Shown piece by piece: positions 44,039 through 58,054 of a stretch of DNA of 64,000 nt; the first letter of the stretch is position 1, and every line of letters starts with the position of its first letter. Below the pieces are notes generated by a model that did no database searches, was not told the DNA's origin, and saw only the letters and a list, made by a program, of their open reading frames with translations. This stretch comes from Haplodiscus bocki (Eukaryota): assembly GCA_965655095.1 (NCBI GenBank), contig OZ296649.1, positions 65,286,001-65,350,000 of the forward strand. Reading direction: 5' to 3'. The translations under genes and the position numbers were made by a program.

Positions 44039-47000
44039 CTAAGGTAATATGGGCTGATTACAGCAAATTACCAATTTCAAGACATCTTCTTTATGAGGCC
44101 AATTTATGATTAAGTTTTCTGCTGTTGGCAATGCATTCGGGAGGGAGATGTTCTTCTTCCTCAAGTTAAGCACTTTAGTAACTGCCTCAAGCCACCGTTT
44201 TTCAAAAAACCTTATTCTCTCCGTTGAGCTGCTTGCAAGAAAGCCGGTCACATAAGCACACAAAACCCAAGGTCTTCGAGAGGGATCCTGTGTGAATGAT
44301 GCTCCCAAGCCAACATTATGTTCACGAATTCGTCGATTGAGGCACATTGTTGAACCAATATATAACAAGTTGTTTTGGGGGACGCTCTGAATAAGGTAAC
44401 AGTAGCCAACATTCTCCTGCGGTATACTGATGGTTGATGGAAAAGGGTTTGTAGCACCATGGAAGATCGTTGGGTCACGGGAAGAACACTTCTGGAGGAT
44501 TTCATTACTCAGCTCCGACCACTGTGACTTTTTACTCAGCAAACTCAGGATGGCTCCTTCGTTGGACTGCTTCGATCCCACGAAAGTGATGTCCACCAGT
44601 GATCGAACACGACTCATTACTACGTATAGTTGCTCTGGCAACCAAAGCGAAAACTCTTGAGCTCCAACAATCTGCGTAGCAACTGTTGGGAGTGTTTCGC
44701 CCATAGTTTTATGAATAAATGACGCCACGTACAATTTGAGGGGGAATTGGATTCTGCGACAAATAGTTCTGTGGTTCAGACAAATGTTCACTCCAATTTC
44801 TTTTGCAAGGACAATACATCTCCAGGTACTTCGAATTACAGAGAGTGGTGGAATGGATCGGCAACCAGCAGGTGCCAAGGCAACACTTACTGTTCCGTTG
44901 TCAGCCAATGAGTCCAGGGAAACCAAAACACAGAGTTGTCCTTGGAAAGCCATCACATTTGGCTTGTTAACGGTGAGTCGGAGAATTGCTCCGGGGAACA
45001 GAAACAACGATTGTGGCTCCAAACATTTCTTGTTTAGAAACTTTGTTACCGCTCCAGAAGCTTCTATCCAGTTGTCCGTACTTGACACGCACATTTCATC
45101 TGTCGATGAACTTTCATGGAACTGGGAACCACTGTCTTTCACTTGATTAATTTTTTTCAACGTCGCATATCTTTCTGCTTTGCGAGTAGCAAAAATTCGA
45201 ATTGCATCATTTGGTACGTCATCCCAACATTCTACGAAATTGCAATTTCGCTCGATCAAATTCCAAATTTGCTTTCCCATGGCAGTTGTTCTGGGAAAAG
45301 TTGACATGAGTGACAAAACTTTCTGACATGTTTCATTTTGCATACGCACAAAGTGTTGGAGGAAACTAAAATGAAAAGTTGTTAAAGGGAATGAAGAACT
45401 GATCAGACAACTTCCTTTTGGTGGAGGAAGTTGAAAAAAATCTACTGTGGCAAGGATTAGTATCCCAGCAAATGGCACGTAGTTCGAGCAAATGATTTGG
45501 AAAACGTGGTCCGTGGCAGCCCAAAGTTCACTTGAGATCATCGAAATTTCTTCAACGAACAATACATCCAAATTCTGGAGTAAGCGACTTTTGTCCGGTG
45601 ATTTCTGCAAGCTGGACAAAGTTACTCGAGACAAAGAATTAACAGTTCCATTTTTTTCCACAGGGAAAGGAATGAGAGCGTTCAGATGCTTGCCAGCTAA
45701 AGCAGCCGACCTTTCGGCCGCCAGCGAAGTTACCATGCAATTGAGTCCTTGACATATTGCATAACTCAGAGCTCTCAACATGATGAACGTTTTTCCCGTT
45801 CCTGGTGGCACTGCAATGATTTGATGTCTGACGAAATTTTGTGTTCCTCCTCTGTACAAGTCCACGATTTCAACTAAATGTTTCAAAATCTTAGTCTGTT
45901 CACAGTACGACTTCACTGTCTGGCTAGGATGTCTACCAAAGTCGGGTTTCCAAGCAACGGGTGCAGTTACAGAAGCATCTGTCATACTTTCTTCGCTTGG
46001 AAGTCCCATTTGACATGTGTGTAAGAACTCCACCAATCTATTCTTGTTCATTGTCAAATCTACAGCAACATTTTCTTCGGAGTCGGCAGAAATAGTGCGA
46101 TCTAAGACAGCTGGTACCCCGGATGCAAAATACAAATTGTTTTCTAACAGTGCCTCTCCTAGAACGCTGTTTGCCATCAACAAAAACTTGTCTATGAGTT
46201 TAGAGGATCCTGGCACAAAGCGGAGCTGTTGCAAAAGGTACCGGCGAGCTAGTAGACGGACGACTGATACAGTAATGTTGTTACGCTCCACCAGTTTGGC
46301 AGCTACAAAAGATTCCCCGAGAGATGAAACAGAGAGAATGTCCAGTTCGGTGTCAAACGAACCAAATGTTAGCACAAAGTGCAACAAGAACTTTGTTGGA
46401 CTACTGGGCAGAGTATTTGTGAAAACCACTATGGCTTTTTGATCTGAGAAACAAAAATTGTACGCCACTAGTCTGGGGCAACTGTTGGCTCCTTGCAATT
46501 TGGGGACAATGTGTTTGCGGCACTCTTCTTTCAAAAATTCGTCCCTCGGGTTATCACTTCTTGTTGCACAAAAATCAAGAAAATCAAAGATAGCGGGTGG
46601 GCGTATCTTGATTACGTATCCAAGGCAATCAACCCAAAAATCATTACACGATGCACGGCTCAACAAAATCTCATGACTACTTTTCCCTTTCGAAATGTTG
46701 TATTTGAATCTAACGAACCAACTGAAATAACTTTTCAAACTGCTGACAAACAGAAGCTCCGGTGGTCTCAGGCCAAAAATGGTCACTTTGTCAGGCGTAA
46801 TTGAACTCGCTTCCACATCTGCCAACAACAATTCTTGATTTTTTGTTAATTGTCGATGTTTTGGAAGCTTCAGAAAGTTTTTCCGAAATCGAACAGCTTC
46901 GGCAAAAACAGCACTGAAATTCATGGTGCTCGCAATTTTTTTTTCAATCACTATTCCTGATCTGAACTCTTTGGGAACTGTTGGTACATGAATGAAATCT

Positions 47001-50000
47001 ATGTTTGTGCAAACGTACGGCAACTGCAAAGCCCACCACAAGCATTCAGTTATGCTAACAATTCTGCCCGTTACAGATTTGCGTTTATCATCATCCTGAC
47101 GTTTTTTGGTAACGCTGGTTTGGACTCCGGCGATTTTTTCGTTCACAATAGGTTCTGTTTGGACTTTCACTTCATTCTCACCAGCAGAGGCTAATATCTT
47201 TGTGAACGCCCGACCTTCCACACCGGCAGCATACTTTGCAACGTATCGTGAACACATTTCGTCGTCACAAATTTGGACGTTCGTACTGCTTTCCGTGAAA
47301 GCAAACAACGCAGCATTTGTTGGTGACATGTGTTCATTCTAAGCAGCAGGGTAGTGATGTTTTCCAGCTTTAAGTTCTTCTTCAACTTTGTCTGTTGAAG
47401 AGTTAGGGTCAATATAGGACAATTTCATGCTTCTCAACAAGTCCCAAGTTTCTTTCGAGTAATTAGGTTGTATTTCTTTAAAAGAGAACCCAACTGATGC
47501 AGGATATTTAGGTACCCTACACACTGGCTTTCCCAACCAATCAGTTTTCTTTTTACATCTATTTTTTCCCTTGCCACAATCGTGCCGTTGGTATTTTTGG
47601 AAAAGTTCTCCCAACCGGAACCGTTCGCTATCCGATAACGCTGGACAGCATTTGCTTAACCCGCCCATGAATGTTTCTTTTGAACAGCAGACTCGGGATT
47701 GAACTTCCGGACCAAACTTGTTTTCTCCGGTACACACTAGTGCATGGATGTGTGCAAAGGCCGAAGTTTCGTCTTGCCACTCGTATCTCATCCATAAGTG
47801 AGAGATTGGTCCCAAAGGTTGCTCGGCCGAACTTTTCAACCATTGCATTACATACTGTGAGGCGCGATGCCAACATCTAAGCATAGGCATTAATTCACTT
47901 TGTATTACAGATAATCTCAGTTCTTTGGATGTCATATCGGGCGGGTAAAGTTTGTCAATAGCCTGAAAAATTTTCCGCAAGCCAGGGTGAGTAGATTGCC
48001 CACATGTGTATGTTACAAAATAAGTGGTGTTTTTATCTCTAATGAGTGCTGCTACTTCGCACACATTTTTCCGGGATTCTGCACAATCAAACTTGAACGT
48101 TTCATCGGAAAAGTACTGGTAATTAGTAGGCGTACTGCCCAATTCTTGCCAGCCTCTGTTCAACACAATTCGAATATCAGTTTTACTCAGTTGTAAGTTT
48201 AAAAGACAGTCAAAAACGAACTGAAGATATGATGTGTGACTGGAGGTTAAAAGCGACCCATCAGTGATGCGAGTTCGTAGCATGTTCTCTAAACCTGCAA
48301 ACCCCACTTGTTTGTTGTATCTTTCGGATTGGAACAGGGATATTGGAATTGCTCCATCAATGCTGCCATCGTAACTTTGGGACCAGAAAATAGAAGGAAA
48401 AAGCAGCCCTTCCGGTTGAAGCAAAGGCGTTGATGATGTTGAAGAAGCTGTAATGTTTTCCATGAAACGTTTCTCCTTAACGGTCAGGGAAATGGGATGA
48501 CTTTTTTTCCTGTAAAGTAAGTTGCATCGAGAATTCAACAGTATGTGGAGAGGAATATTGTAGTCTTCTTCTCTGAAAGCCTCTTGTACAGCAACAATGG
48601 CCCTTTCACCGGAACACACGTTCAATTTATTCATCGCCAATTCACTTTCGCTGATCGAGTTTGCGTTCATGTTGTTGCACAAAAAAGAAGCTATTGAGGA
48701 TGAACTTGAGTTTTGACTTGAACAGTTGATGGATAGATCTGGTTCAACAACGCTTTTGTCCTGCTCACATAAACTACTTAAGTTGGAATTCAGTTCACAC
48801 TGTGTAGCAATGATTGCAGCTTCAGCGGTCGGTTTTTCAGGCGTTAATTTTTGTTCTGCTGTAGGTCGAACTAAAACTCGTAAGTTTGGATGTTTCATTC
48901 CCTCGTCGAAGTGTTTCTTACACACACAACTGTTGCATTTTGAGTAGGCACATCTGAGGAATGATGACCTTCCACATCGACAGAAGTAGTTGCTACGTCG
49001 GAAGTCCCTCGTTAACGGAACATCATGTTTGTCACAAATGAAAATTCCTTGACCGGTTAAATTACTAAGATAGTGCCACTTTACAGTCGACACGTTTTTA
49101 GAGTTAGTTCCTCGGTAGATTAAAAAAGTCCAGTAGCCTCGTAGAATTTTTTCTAGTAAGGTCTCAGGTGAGTCCAACAAAGGTTCAGCAAACTTGTTAG
49201 CTTTCACTATACGCCAAAAATTGCAGAAGCGACCACCGTGCCGAAGCAAAATTACAGCATCTGTACCCCGAGAACCACAACCACATCCCACAAGCTCAAA
49301 TTGGACATCAAATAGGAAGACGTTGAGAGGTGGGTTGACCTTGTTCCTCAGATTATTTACATCAGTTGTTGTAGCGATCACGTGTTTCGTATCCACGGTA
49401 ACGTCGCGCAGAATTTTTTCAGTTAATTCTTTTCTTTGGCTCAACTGAAGATGGCATAAGTCAGCACATAATGCGTGCAACACCACGCAACCCGCCTAAA
49501 AAAAGTTTGAAATCATGTTTGGCTTGTCCTTGTTAGTCGCCGCGTTATTCAATATACTGTCAATGTCAGCTTGAGCTTGTGAAATACGCTGCAACTTGCT
49601 TTCTTTTCCAAACCCAGCAAATGTATGACGCAACAGTGAAAACAAATTTGTTGCGAAAACGTGATTAACGCCAGACACCATGGATGAACATAAAAATGGA
49701 GATATGCAGCATGCTGCTTGAAGAAACCAGAGTGTATCGCCAGTATCATTGATCAGAGGAGGAGGTGAGCAACCATGTTCATTGTTTGGTTGAGCCAAAG
49801 CGTAGCACTGAAGAAATTTCACATTACTCAAAAGTTCTTGTTCGTTTTTGTCCATCACCTTCGTCAATCGAATGCAGGTGTCAAGATCTACGCCGACATG
49901 CTCCGCCATTTTTTCATAATCCGGCTGATATTGAGAGAGATCAGTGGCGACATCTTCAATCAATTTACCTTCAACAACCCATTGTCTAATTAAAATGGGA

Positions 50001-52138
50001 ATATCTGACCTGAAAAACATAGCGGTTCCTTCAGCTTTGAACAAACGGTTGCTAGTGATGTTCCAACGCCGTTTACGTCTCAATGAAACAGTACTCATAC
50101 CACTATAAGACCCAACGCTCCGAAACAGTTGATAGGTGTGGCTAGCATAATTAGCCTTTAAGCTACTCACACACGACAATGAAGGTGATACAATGGCTAA
50201 TCGTTCCTCAAACAAAGTTGGAATTCGTCCCAGCTCCGGATGCCTGGGGGGAAGCAAGAACTGTAACGCACATCCCCTGTCATGCGCAGAACAAGTTTGC
50301 ACAACCAAACCTTCTTTCTCATGTAACCGCACTGTGGCAGCCACTAGAAACGTTTTTAAACACATCAAAGGGCGCAAAAAGTCGAGTCTGGCGCCTCTGA
50401 GTTTTTTGAATGCAGACGCTTGGAATGATGTGAAAGTTCTGTCGATCAAGTTTATAAAATGCTGCGCTGGTATGTACCCAGGATCTTCGATAAACGTCCA
50501 ACAACCAAAAGGGCAACGTATGTTTGGATACGGTTCCAAGTCCAAAGCTTCAGCCATTTCTTTTTGTCTCATTGTTCTCATTAGTTGCTCGAAACGTTTC
50601 AATCTCTGTGTTCCATCAACAGTACAAGTGCCAAGAATACGCGGCCGATTTAAAACACGCTGGATGCAGATAGGGAAAAGGGTAATTACCCCTAGCCAAT
50701 GTTGCCTTATTTCCAGGGGTAACAGCGAGCAAATAGCGACTAAAGAAGCTTCGGGTCTGGAAGTATCAGAAAGGAGCGTGAAAAAAACAGCTGGCCAAGC
50801 CATTTGCCAGTTAACCTTTGGTGCAGTACAATAGTTATAACAGAAACAACACAGATGTACATTTTCGTTTTTCAGCTTTTTGCCGAACTTCCTATTAACC
50901 AATCCAACTTTGCTGTAGGCCTTAATGTCGAACGGAAAATATACCGTGGCTTGACGCATGCACTTGCAACAAATGTTGGCAGCATCGACAGTATCTGTCA
51001 CAACGAATTTTGACTCGATTTCAACGGTTGATTCTTCAGTCGATTTCGGTGGTGGTACAAAGTTTTCAGTTAATTTCAGGAAAATCTCATCAGTCAAGTC
51101 ACCTCCAGGCAATCTGTGAAATTGATGTTGTCGATGTTCCACAGCAGTTGGAGGACGGCCTCCATTTTGCGTTGTAGTATTTTCTGCACCACAAAGAGCT
51201 TCCGCCAAACAAAAAGATGTCACAGCTGTATTAGTTTCTCCAATGTCGATCAAATGTGTGCCGACTGGATAATCTGAAGTCCGTCTGCGCTTCTGCAAGG
51301 GCTCAGTTTCATCAAGTGCTTCAAGTGCTGTCTGGATTACGTGGCAGTCAGTATTCATTGCTGAATTTCCACATTGACTACTCGAACCAGCTAAATCTTC
51401 TGATAGGAGTAATGAAGTGTGGCATGTTTCGGTCAAGCCACTAATTACCTCAAAGTGATCTCCAGTTCGCGTTTGTTGAATGAAAACTCCTTGTCTGTCA
51501 TTTAAGCAGTCGCATTTGTAAACGAACCAACTTTTCAAAATATTGTGGTATACATAAACGTCCAATTTAAAAATTTGACAAAAGGTATAAATTTCCACAC
51601 AAGTGCCAAAAACTCCATTTTCTGCCATTCGCGATGTCTGCAGGTAGTGGTTGACAGTTGGGCTCGTGAGAAGTTTGTTCTGGTTGGGGAATTCAGCGGA
51701 ATAGATTGAGGTTTGCAAACTGTTTTCCGTAAAAGTCACCGAGTCCATGTTACTCACAATAAGTTTCCTCAAATCATGACCACTTTCATGAGAAAAACCG
51801 AGGGCAACGCCCAGGGCAGTGAAAAGACAATTACCATCACCCGTTATAGAAAGACTGTGCGAGGGTTGAACAGAACTGAGGCGAATGTTAGTTTTATTCC
51901 CAATTATGCCGCTTGTTGGGGAACAGGATAGTCCCATCGCTTCCAACGTTGATTCTAAGTGCAGGGCATCAACAGAGGAGACCAGCAAATTACTGTCAGG
52001 TATACTGTACAAAATTCCTAATGGTTCGCTAGTTGAAGAAACATTGTCGGTGTTATTTGGACAGGAGTGATTACGTTCACTGAAGCGTCCACATTTTGCA
52101 CAGCGACGACTTTTCAAATCATTCTTGCCAGATGGCAT
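44039..52138 (-). pseudogene. RepHel-GIY-YIG gene of element C with two in-frame stops
   Basis: Q->TAG at 49496-98 and Y->TAG at 47339-41, no frameshift. Walker A is altered (AVPPGTGKT), as is motif III (TVDFFQLPP). Confidence 0.9.
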
Positions 52139-55100
52139 TACTCTTTCACAAGAAAATTCGCGCAAAAGTTTATCAATAACTCATCTTCAATAGTGAATAC
52201 ATTGTAAAGAGTGGGCGCCATTATAGGACCAACGTACAAATTTTTCAAAATGTTCAATTAACGGTAGCATCTAATGAATTCGAAAAAAGCAGTATCCAGA
52301 AAAATATATGCAATGTGGGCCTTGGTTTTGCGCAGTTAACGAAGCAAAACCAAGGCATTCATCAGAGAAAGAAAACAAACAGGTATTTACTCGTAGAGGC
52401 GGCGATGTAATGAGTGTTAATTGCGAATCTTGTGTTGTTTGAAAATCGTATATAAGAATTTATTTTCCGTTCACCCATACAAGTGGAACGCATCCCGATG
52501 TTACGGACTCCCGTCAATTAGTAGTGTACACGGCGAGTTCGTTGAATTCGAAAGTTTTTTCCCCAATCCTCAGTGAAAGAGACTACAATGCACATCACAA
52601 TCGTTCTTAGAAGCCAACAAGGTTCAGTTGGAAAAACCAACTGAGAACGCATGAGTGTTGAGCGAACTCAAACGAATTTCCAAAGGTGTTTGGGAAAACT
52701 GTGCACTTTAGCAGGCCTGCAAGTTAACCTACAAAGATTTATCATGAAAAATGAGGAGGCAAGAAATGGAGAAAAAAAAAGTTTTCCGAGATCTTACTAT
52801 TAATTCAGGCAAACTAAAATTATGCCCTATTCTTTATGACTGAAGTCTGACACGAGGTGAAAATTGACTCCACAGAAAAATATCATCATGTAGAAAACCG
52901 CAAAGCCTAACAAATTAGAAAACTATGTTTGAAAGATTCTCACCATCTTGTTTTTCTCTTGGGAAAATCTTGGCTTCCAAAATCATTGCATTATAAGGAA
53001 ATTATGAAATCTGAAAAAACCGGGTGATTTAGTTGAGAAAACAATTGCTCAGAGCAGCGGTTGATCAATAAAATATCAGTCAATAATGTCGACAGCGATT
53101 ATGTATATGCTAAAAATAAAACATTCAAATTGATTATTGTACAAAACAGATGGGATTTTTGAAAGTTTGAAACAAGAAACAGCAAGAGGCCGTCTTTTTC
53201 CCCCGCAAAAAACATGTTAACAATTTTACTTTGTCAAAGTTTCATTTGAACACCTGAAGAATGTAAACATTCAGTATTTACCGAAAGTTATTGAAATTGC
53301 CGTCAAAGAGAAATCGTTTTCTGATAAGTGCGTCCCAAAGTTGATCCACAGTCAGATGCGTGGTACTTCCATGCCAAAGATAACACACAGTTTGCTATAA
53401 ATGTTGAGGCAGTACTTTTCATCAATAAGTATTTTCCGCAGCTTTTTCGGTAATATCTGCACAAAGCGCGTCCGAATCCAAACAAGGTCGTCGGAGAAGG
53501 CAATTTTTTGCGGTCAAAACTATTGAAAATATGATGTGAATTATGGTTATTCGATCTTGAATTTCGTTCCAACAATGGTAAAAACGATTGATTGGTTTGT
53601 TCACATAGAAAATGAAACGAACCTCACAGGAAACACAAACATGAAGAACTTTCAATGCCAGCAAAAACGCGATGAAATAACGCACACAATAACAAGTTTG
53701 TCAGAAACCTATAGGTAATGTAGTTCTGCGAACATGCACGTTAACACTCTGTAGCTTTTAGGCGGTAGATGGGTAAAAAATTAATGAAAACAATTTCTCC
53801 TCCGTAGCAAAACCATTAACATGCTCAAATTTGAGGAGCCCGTTTTCACTGTTCGTTCAATGCCAATCATCTTTGGGATCCATCGGTATAAATTTAAAGT
53901 TACGATTATGTTGTACACTTTTCAATTTTTCTTACGTTTCTCATGCTTCATGAGTAACATTAGCAATTCATGTACGATGATAACAGCGGAGTTCCCCTTT
54001 GCAATTCAGAAATTGTGGAAGAACACCTAGTACTCAGGCAACGATTGTTACAAACAATATCCAGCATTCTTCGTCTACGAAAACGTCATTTAAAAAAATT
54101 ACCCAAAACAATTGGCTCAATTTGTCGACAGAAGCCATACGATGTTGACCATAGTCAGTTGAGACTTCAATGAGTCACGATTCACAATATGAAAAGTTCA
54201 AACGATCGAATGACATGAGAAAAGTATCTATTTCGGAGGGTTCAAATGAGGGATGGGAAATTGGCAATGTCGAGTTGACGCTAAAGAAATAATGATTCCA
54301 TATCAAAACACTTTATCCAAAAACTAACTTCGGCATGAGTTCAGAGGAACAACACGTTGCCATATTTCGCTCAACGGCGGATATTTTATTTTGACAACGA
54401 GAAACATTTTTTCACAGAAAAATCAAAACTTATTTTGAAAGAAGTTCAAAACTCCGATAAGTAGGCTTCAAAACCAACCAGATATATTCTTGCGAAAAAC
54501 TCAGATATAAGAATTTGTGAAACGCAAACAATTTTTGAACGGTCTGTAAAGCAGTAAAATCTTCAAAATCGGAAACACTCAAAACCGACATCAACAGTAG
54601 AGAAGCATCGTTTTAACTCTACACGTTACCTCCACATATTGTTAAAGTTGCTTCCACTAACCACATTTCATGTTGACAAAAGCTCAAAATGTAGAGAATC
54701 GAAGTACTGCTTTCACGACTTCATAAATGGAAGGCACATATTTAATCGACATCAGTACTGATCCGCCATCAAATTGGCCTTCATCTTGTCATAATTTATG
54801 GTTGACGATTATTTTATGAACACAACTGTCTCAATTCAATGATGATTATGACCAGTAACTTTTTCTCATGTTTTTATTTTCCGGAAGCATCAAACATTCT
54901 ATATATGTTTTGGACGACGCATGAACAATATTGTTACATAGTGGATGAAATCTCATGGCGCAGAACTTCTTTTTCATAAATTTGTCTAGTACAGAACACC
55001 TAACTGTACATTTTCATGTTTTGAAAAAATCAACTGATGTGAAATAGCACACAACACCTATATTGTTCCTCTGAAGCACAAAAGAAGGCAACGAGAACCA

Positions 55101-55606
55101 TCAAGAAATGCTTCAAGTACATGACTCATTACGCAACCAAAAGATTTCTTTGAAAAAAGTGGATTCAATAAATGGAACGGAACAGTACTGAAAACGTCCA
55201 TTGTTATGGAAGCCGGTAACGGGTAGGTCTGTGGAGTTATATTTTAATTCAGCAGCTGATAATGTGGAAAAATTGTTACTTTACTGTTCTGAGCTGACTT
55301 CGGGAAAAAATCGACCGGAAAGTACGTTTGCCATACTTCATTGCTGCTGTCATGAACTTAAAAAAAAACAGGAAATTTACTAGGTTTTGAGGAACAACCC
55401 CACATTTACGGTGTGAGATGAACTCTGTGCGTATCAGTTGCATCTGCACTGTGCGAGTTATTCTTCAGCCTGGAGAAAAGTATCGTAAAAAAAGAACAAA
55501 CAACATTTTTCAATTATATAAACAAAAATTTAGAACTTTGAACCAATCACCAGAATTGATACCGGAAAAAAATTGAAAGCAAAAAAACCCGCCATCTATT
55601 AAATTG

Positions 55607-55631
55607 CACCGTTGCCTCCACTGGGTGGTCA
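55607..55631. repeat. Junction motif J5 (C|mini2)
   Basis: Exact 25-bp motif. Confidence 0.9.
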
Positions 55632-56677
55632 GGGTGATACCCCACAAACAATCTGCGCGGCCGGGAAGGGACCCGTTTGCCGAACTTAAAATATAGTGCG
55701 TAGCAAATAGTATCCGTCCGTAGGGGGGGCTAAATAAGGCGATCTCGCGTTCCAACCATTAGATTTTGTTCAAACTTTGCATGTGGCCATAACTTTTAAT
55801 TCTAAGAATTTTGATATAGGTCCCGTCATGATTGATTCATTGGGGGAGGAGTTATGACGGAATGATCGTCATTTTTGGCCCAATTCCGAGATTTTTTGGC
55901 CGAATCTCCACAAGTAACCATATGCATTGGGCTAGCGTTTTGTGTGTGAAGCATTTCGAGTGTGGGTTATCCGCATGCAAAAAATTTTCCGTCAACTCGT
56001 CATAAAAGTGAAGATATGACGGGTGAAATTGAAAGAGAATTCGAAAAAAATGATCATTGCGTCATTTCTCCTTTGTCGAAGTATCAACAATGACATCTAG
56101 GGCTGCCGGACAGCGGAATAACTTACACCAATTGAAAGAAATTTTCCCGACGACAAAAATTTTTTGCTCAGAATGACGAAATAAATGACGGTTATGACGA
56201 AAGCTTGACCGCCACAAAGAAAAAATGACGGTTATGACGAAATTTTCAAAAATAAGAAACTTCATAAAACTTTATGTTTCAACGTGTAGAAAACAATGAA
56301 AATAGTTACATGTGATGTACACAAACGTTTATTGATTTTCTAACGACTTTTATAACTCATTGGAGTTGGCTTTTTTTGTGAACCACAGCTTTTCTCAAAG
56401 ACGGATTTTCTTTTCAAATTTGATATTTCCCGTTGTTCGGGAGATCAGCGGGCAGCTGATCGGAAGAACAACGGGCTCAGACCACAAAAAAAGCAATCGG
56501 TGTGCAATGGTCTCTTTTGCCGAGGGGAACACAAAACAGTAGAAGACTCAAAAGCAAAAACTTAAACGTCAAAACTCATAGATCAAACTTTCCTTAAATT
56601 GAACAATTTGTTTTCACGGAAATAAAAACCTACGGTAAAGCCTCCTCTGGTAATTGGTACCCTAGCCTCCGCTGGGT
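55627..56677 (-). mobile_element. Non-autonomous mini-element 2 (1051 bp), last unit of the array
   Basis: Starts with a divergent (more B-like) 570-bp block and has a hairpin at 56429-56475. Ends in a degenerate terminal motif TCTGGTAATTGGTACCCTAGCCTCCGCTGGGT. Confidence 0.72.
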
Positions 56678-56739
56678 TGTGTAACGTTATTAATGTTTTT
56701 TCGTCGTTTCATTTTAATTTCTTTCGTCGGCCAATCCGT

Positions 56740-56900
56740 TATGTTTCGTGTGGCTTCCTACAAATTTTACACTGATGGTTTTCAGTTCCGGTTTTTGATT
56801 CGTAGTCTGTGACATACGTTGATGTCTTCATTCGTGATAACAACACCTGCTTTTCGTGCAACCTCGACCTTTTTGAGAAAGCGTACAGAAGTGGTTTTGA
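56740..56900 (-). pseudogene. Decayed LINE ORF1-like fragment
   Basis: A frame not in the ORF track reads EVARKAGVVITNEDINVCHRL followed, after a shift, by VKFV. This resembles the 'DI..xHRL...IIVKF' motif of L1/CR1-type ORF1 proteins. Confidence 0.35.
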
Positions 56901-58054
56901 TTGGCATCTCTTGTGAATTTTCGTTGGAAGCCATATTTGGCTCCACACAGGGTGAGGGTTGCTATCATCGCCAGTGCCATCACGTTTCCTGAGGTGCATT
57001 TTGCCATACGACTCGTTCGAGACAAGCATTCTGCTTACCAGTGATTTCACAATCAATCTATTCAATAAATTTCTTACAATTAATCATAGAAAAAGGAAGC
57101 AGCACCTCTTACAGTATCTATAGGGCAATAGCAATAAAATTAATGAGTTTTCATGTAACTTGGAGTACGCGGAAAATAGAATGACTTTTGCGCTTTTACA
57201 GACCCTTCATTTTTTGCTTTTGACATATTGTGTTTTTAATGTCTGTGCGTTCGATTTTTCCATTGGCCGGTTCAAAAGGTTGATATATAGATCTGTTGAC
57301 CTTGTGTGAAGAGGTGCGACTTTTTATCTTTTGTAGAAATCCTTCCTTTCCGAGAAACTGACCTTTTGTTCATGCTTGATACAACTAAATAAGACAGGAT
57401 TTTTGGAATCTTCTGCTTCGATGTTCGAGTTCGGCCAGATATCTGTTTCAATTTTTTTGTCTCACATCACATTTTGCAACCAAAACGAATGGAAAAGAAC
57501 CAAAAGAGCGAAGATGGAAGTTTGGACCTATTAGAAGTACGAAACTTTTTGGGACATCCCAAATGTGAATTTCATTTTTTCGGCTTTTGTAGGTTGAGCA
57601 GACGGTCATCTATTGCTACTTTGTTACTGTCCTCTGCGTTCTGTCTCTTTATTTTCACTGCTTTTCTTGTTAGTCACTCGGGTGGCCGCTGAGTGCTGCT
57701 AGTTTTCTGGAATGTAATCTGTTTTATGCCCATGGTATTTTGGTTTTATATATAAAGAAAGAAAGAAAGAAAGGAATTAATTATTTCTGAAACACATCAG
57801 AAATACTATGATTTAAATACAAACAACAAAAAGGAACAATCAATCAGGTTTGGTAATGTAAAATTTATCTGTCATTTTCCATGTCTTTGGCTTAGTTCTT
57901 CATCTTTTCACCATGCAAGTTTCTTAGCATGATTGTCTATTTTCCTGGCGCTTTTTTGCTGAAAAAATCCTGCACTGCTTTAAATTTTACAGATTTTTCA
58001 GTCTTGAAATGTGGTACAATACGAAAACGTTCGTTACAATGTGAAACGGTCAGA

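Larger units (their letters stand above)
38680..55626 (-). mobile_element. Helitron-like element C (A-related, ~90% identical by eye, decaying; 16,947 bp)
   Basis: Colinear with A2 over its whole length and bounded by J4 and J5. Confidence 0.92.

Noticed and set aside
44039-52138. In-frame TAG stops in C and B suggesting stop-codon readthrough or an alternative genetic code
   Set aside because: The stops replace different residues (Q, Y, W, L, C, E), each is copy-specific, and B also has a frameshift. This is ordinary decay.
5902-55631. 25-bp motif as a CRISPR-like repeat or a recombinase att site
   Set aside because: Spacing is 1-17 kb, the context is eukaryotic, and no cas or tyrosine/serine recombinase gene is present.
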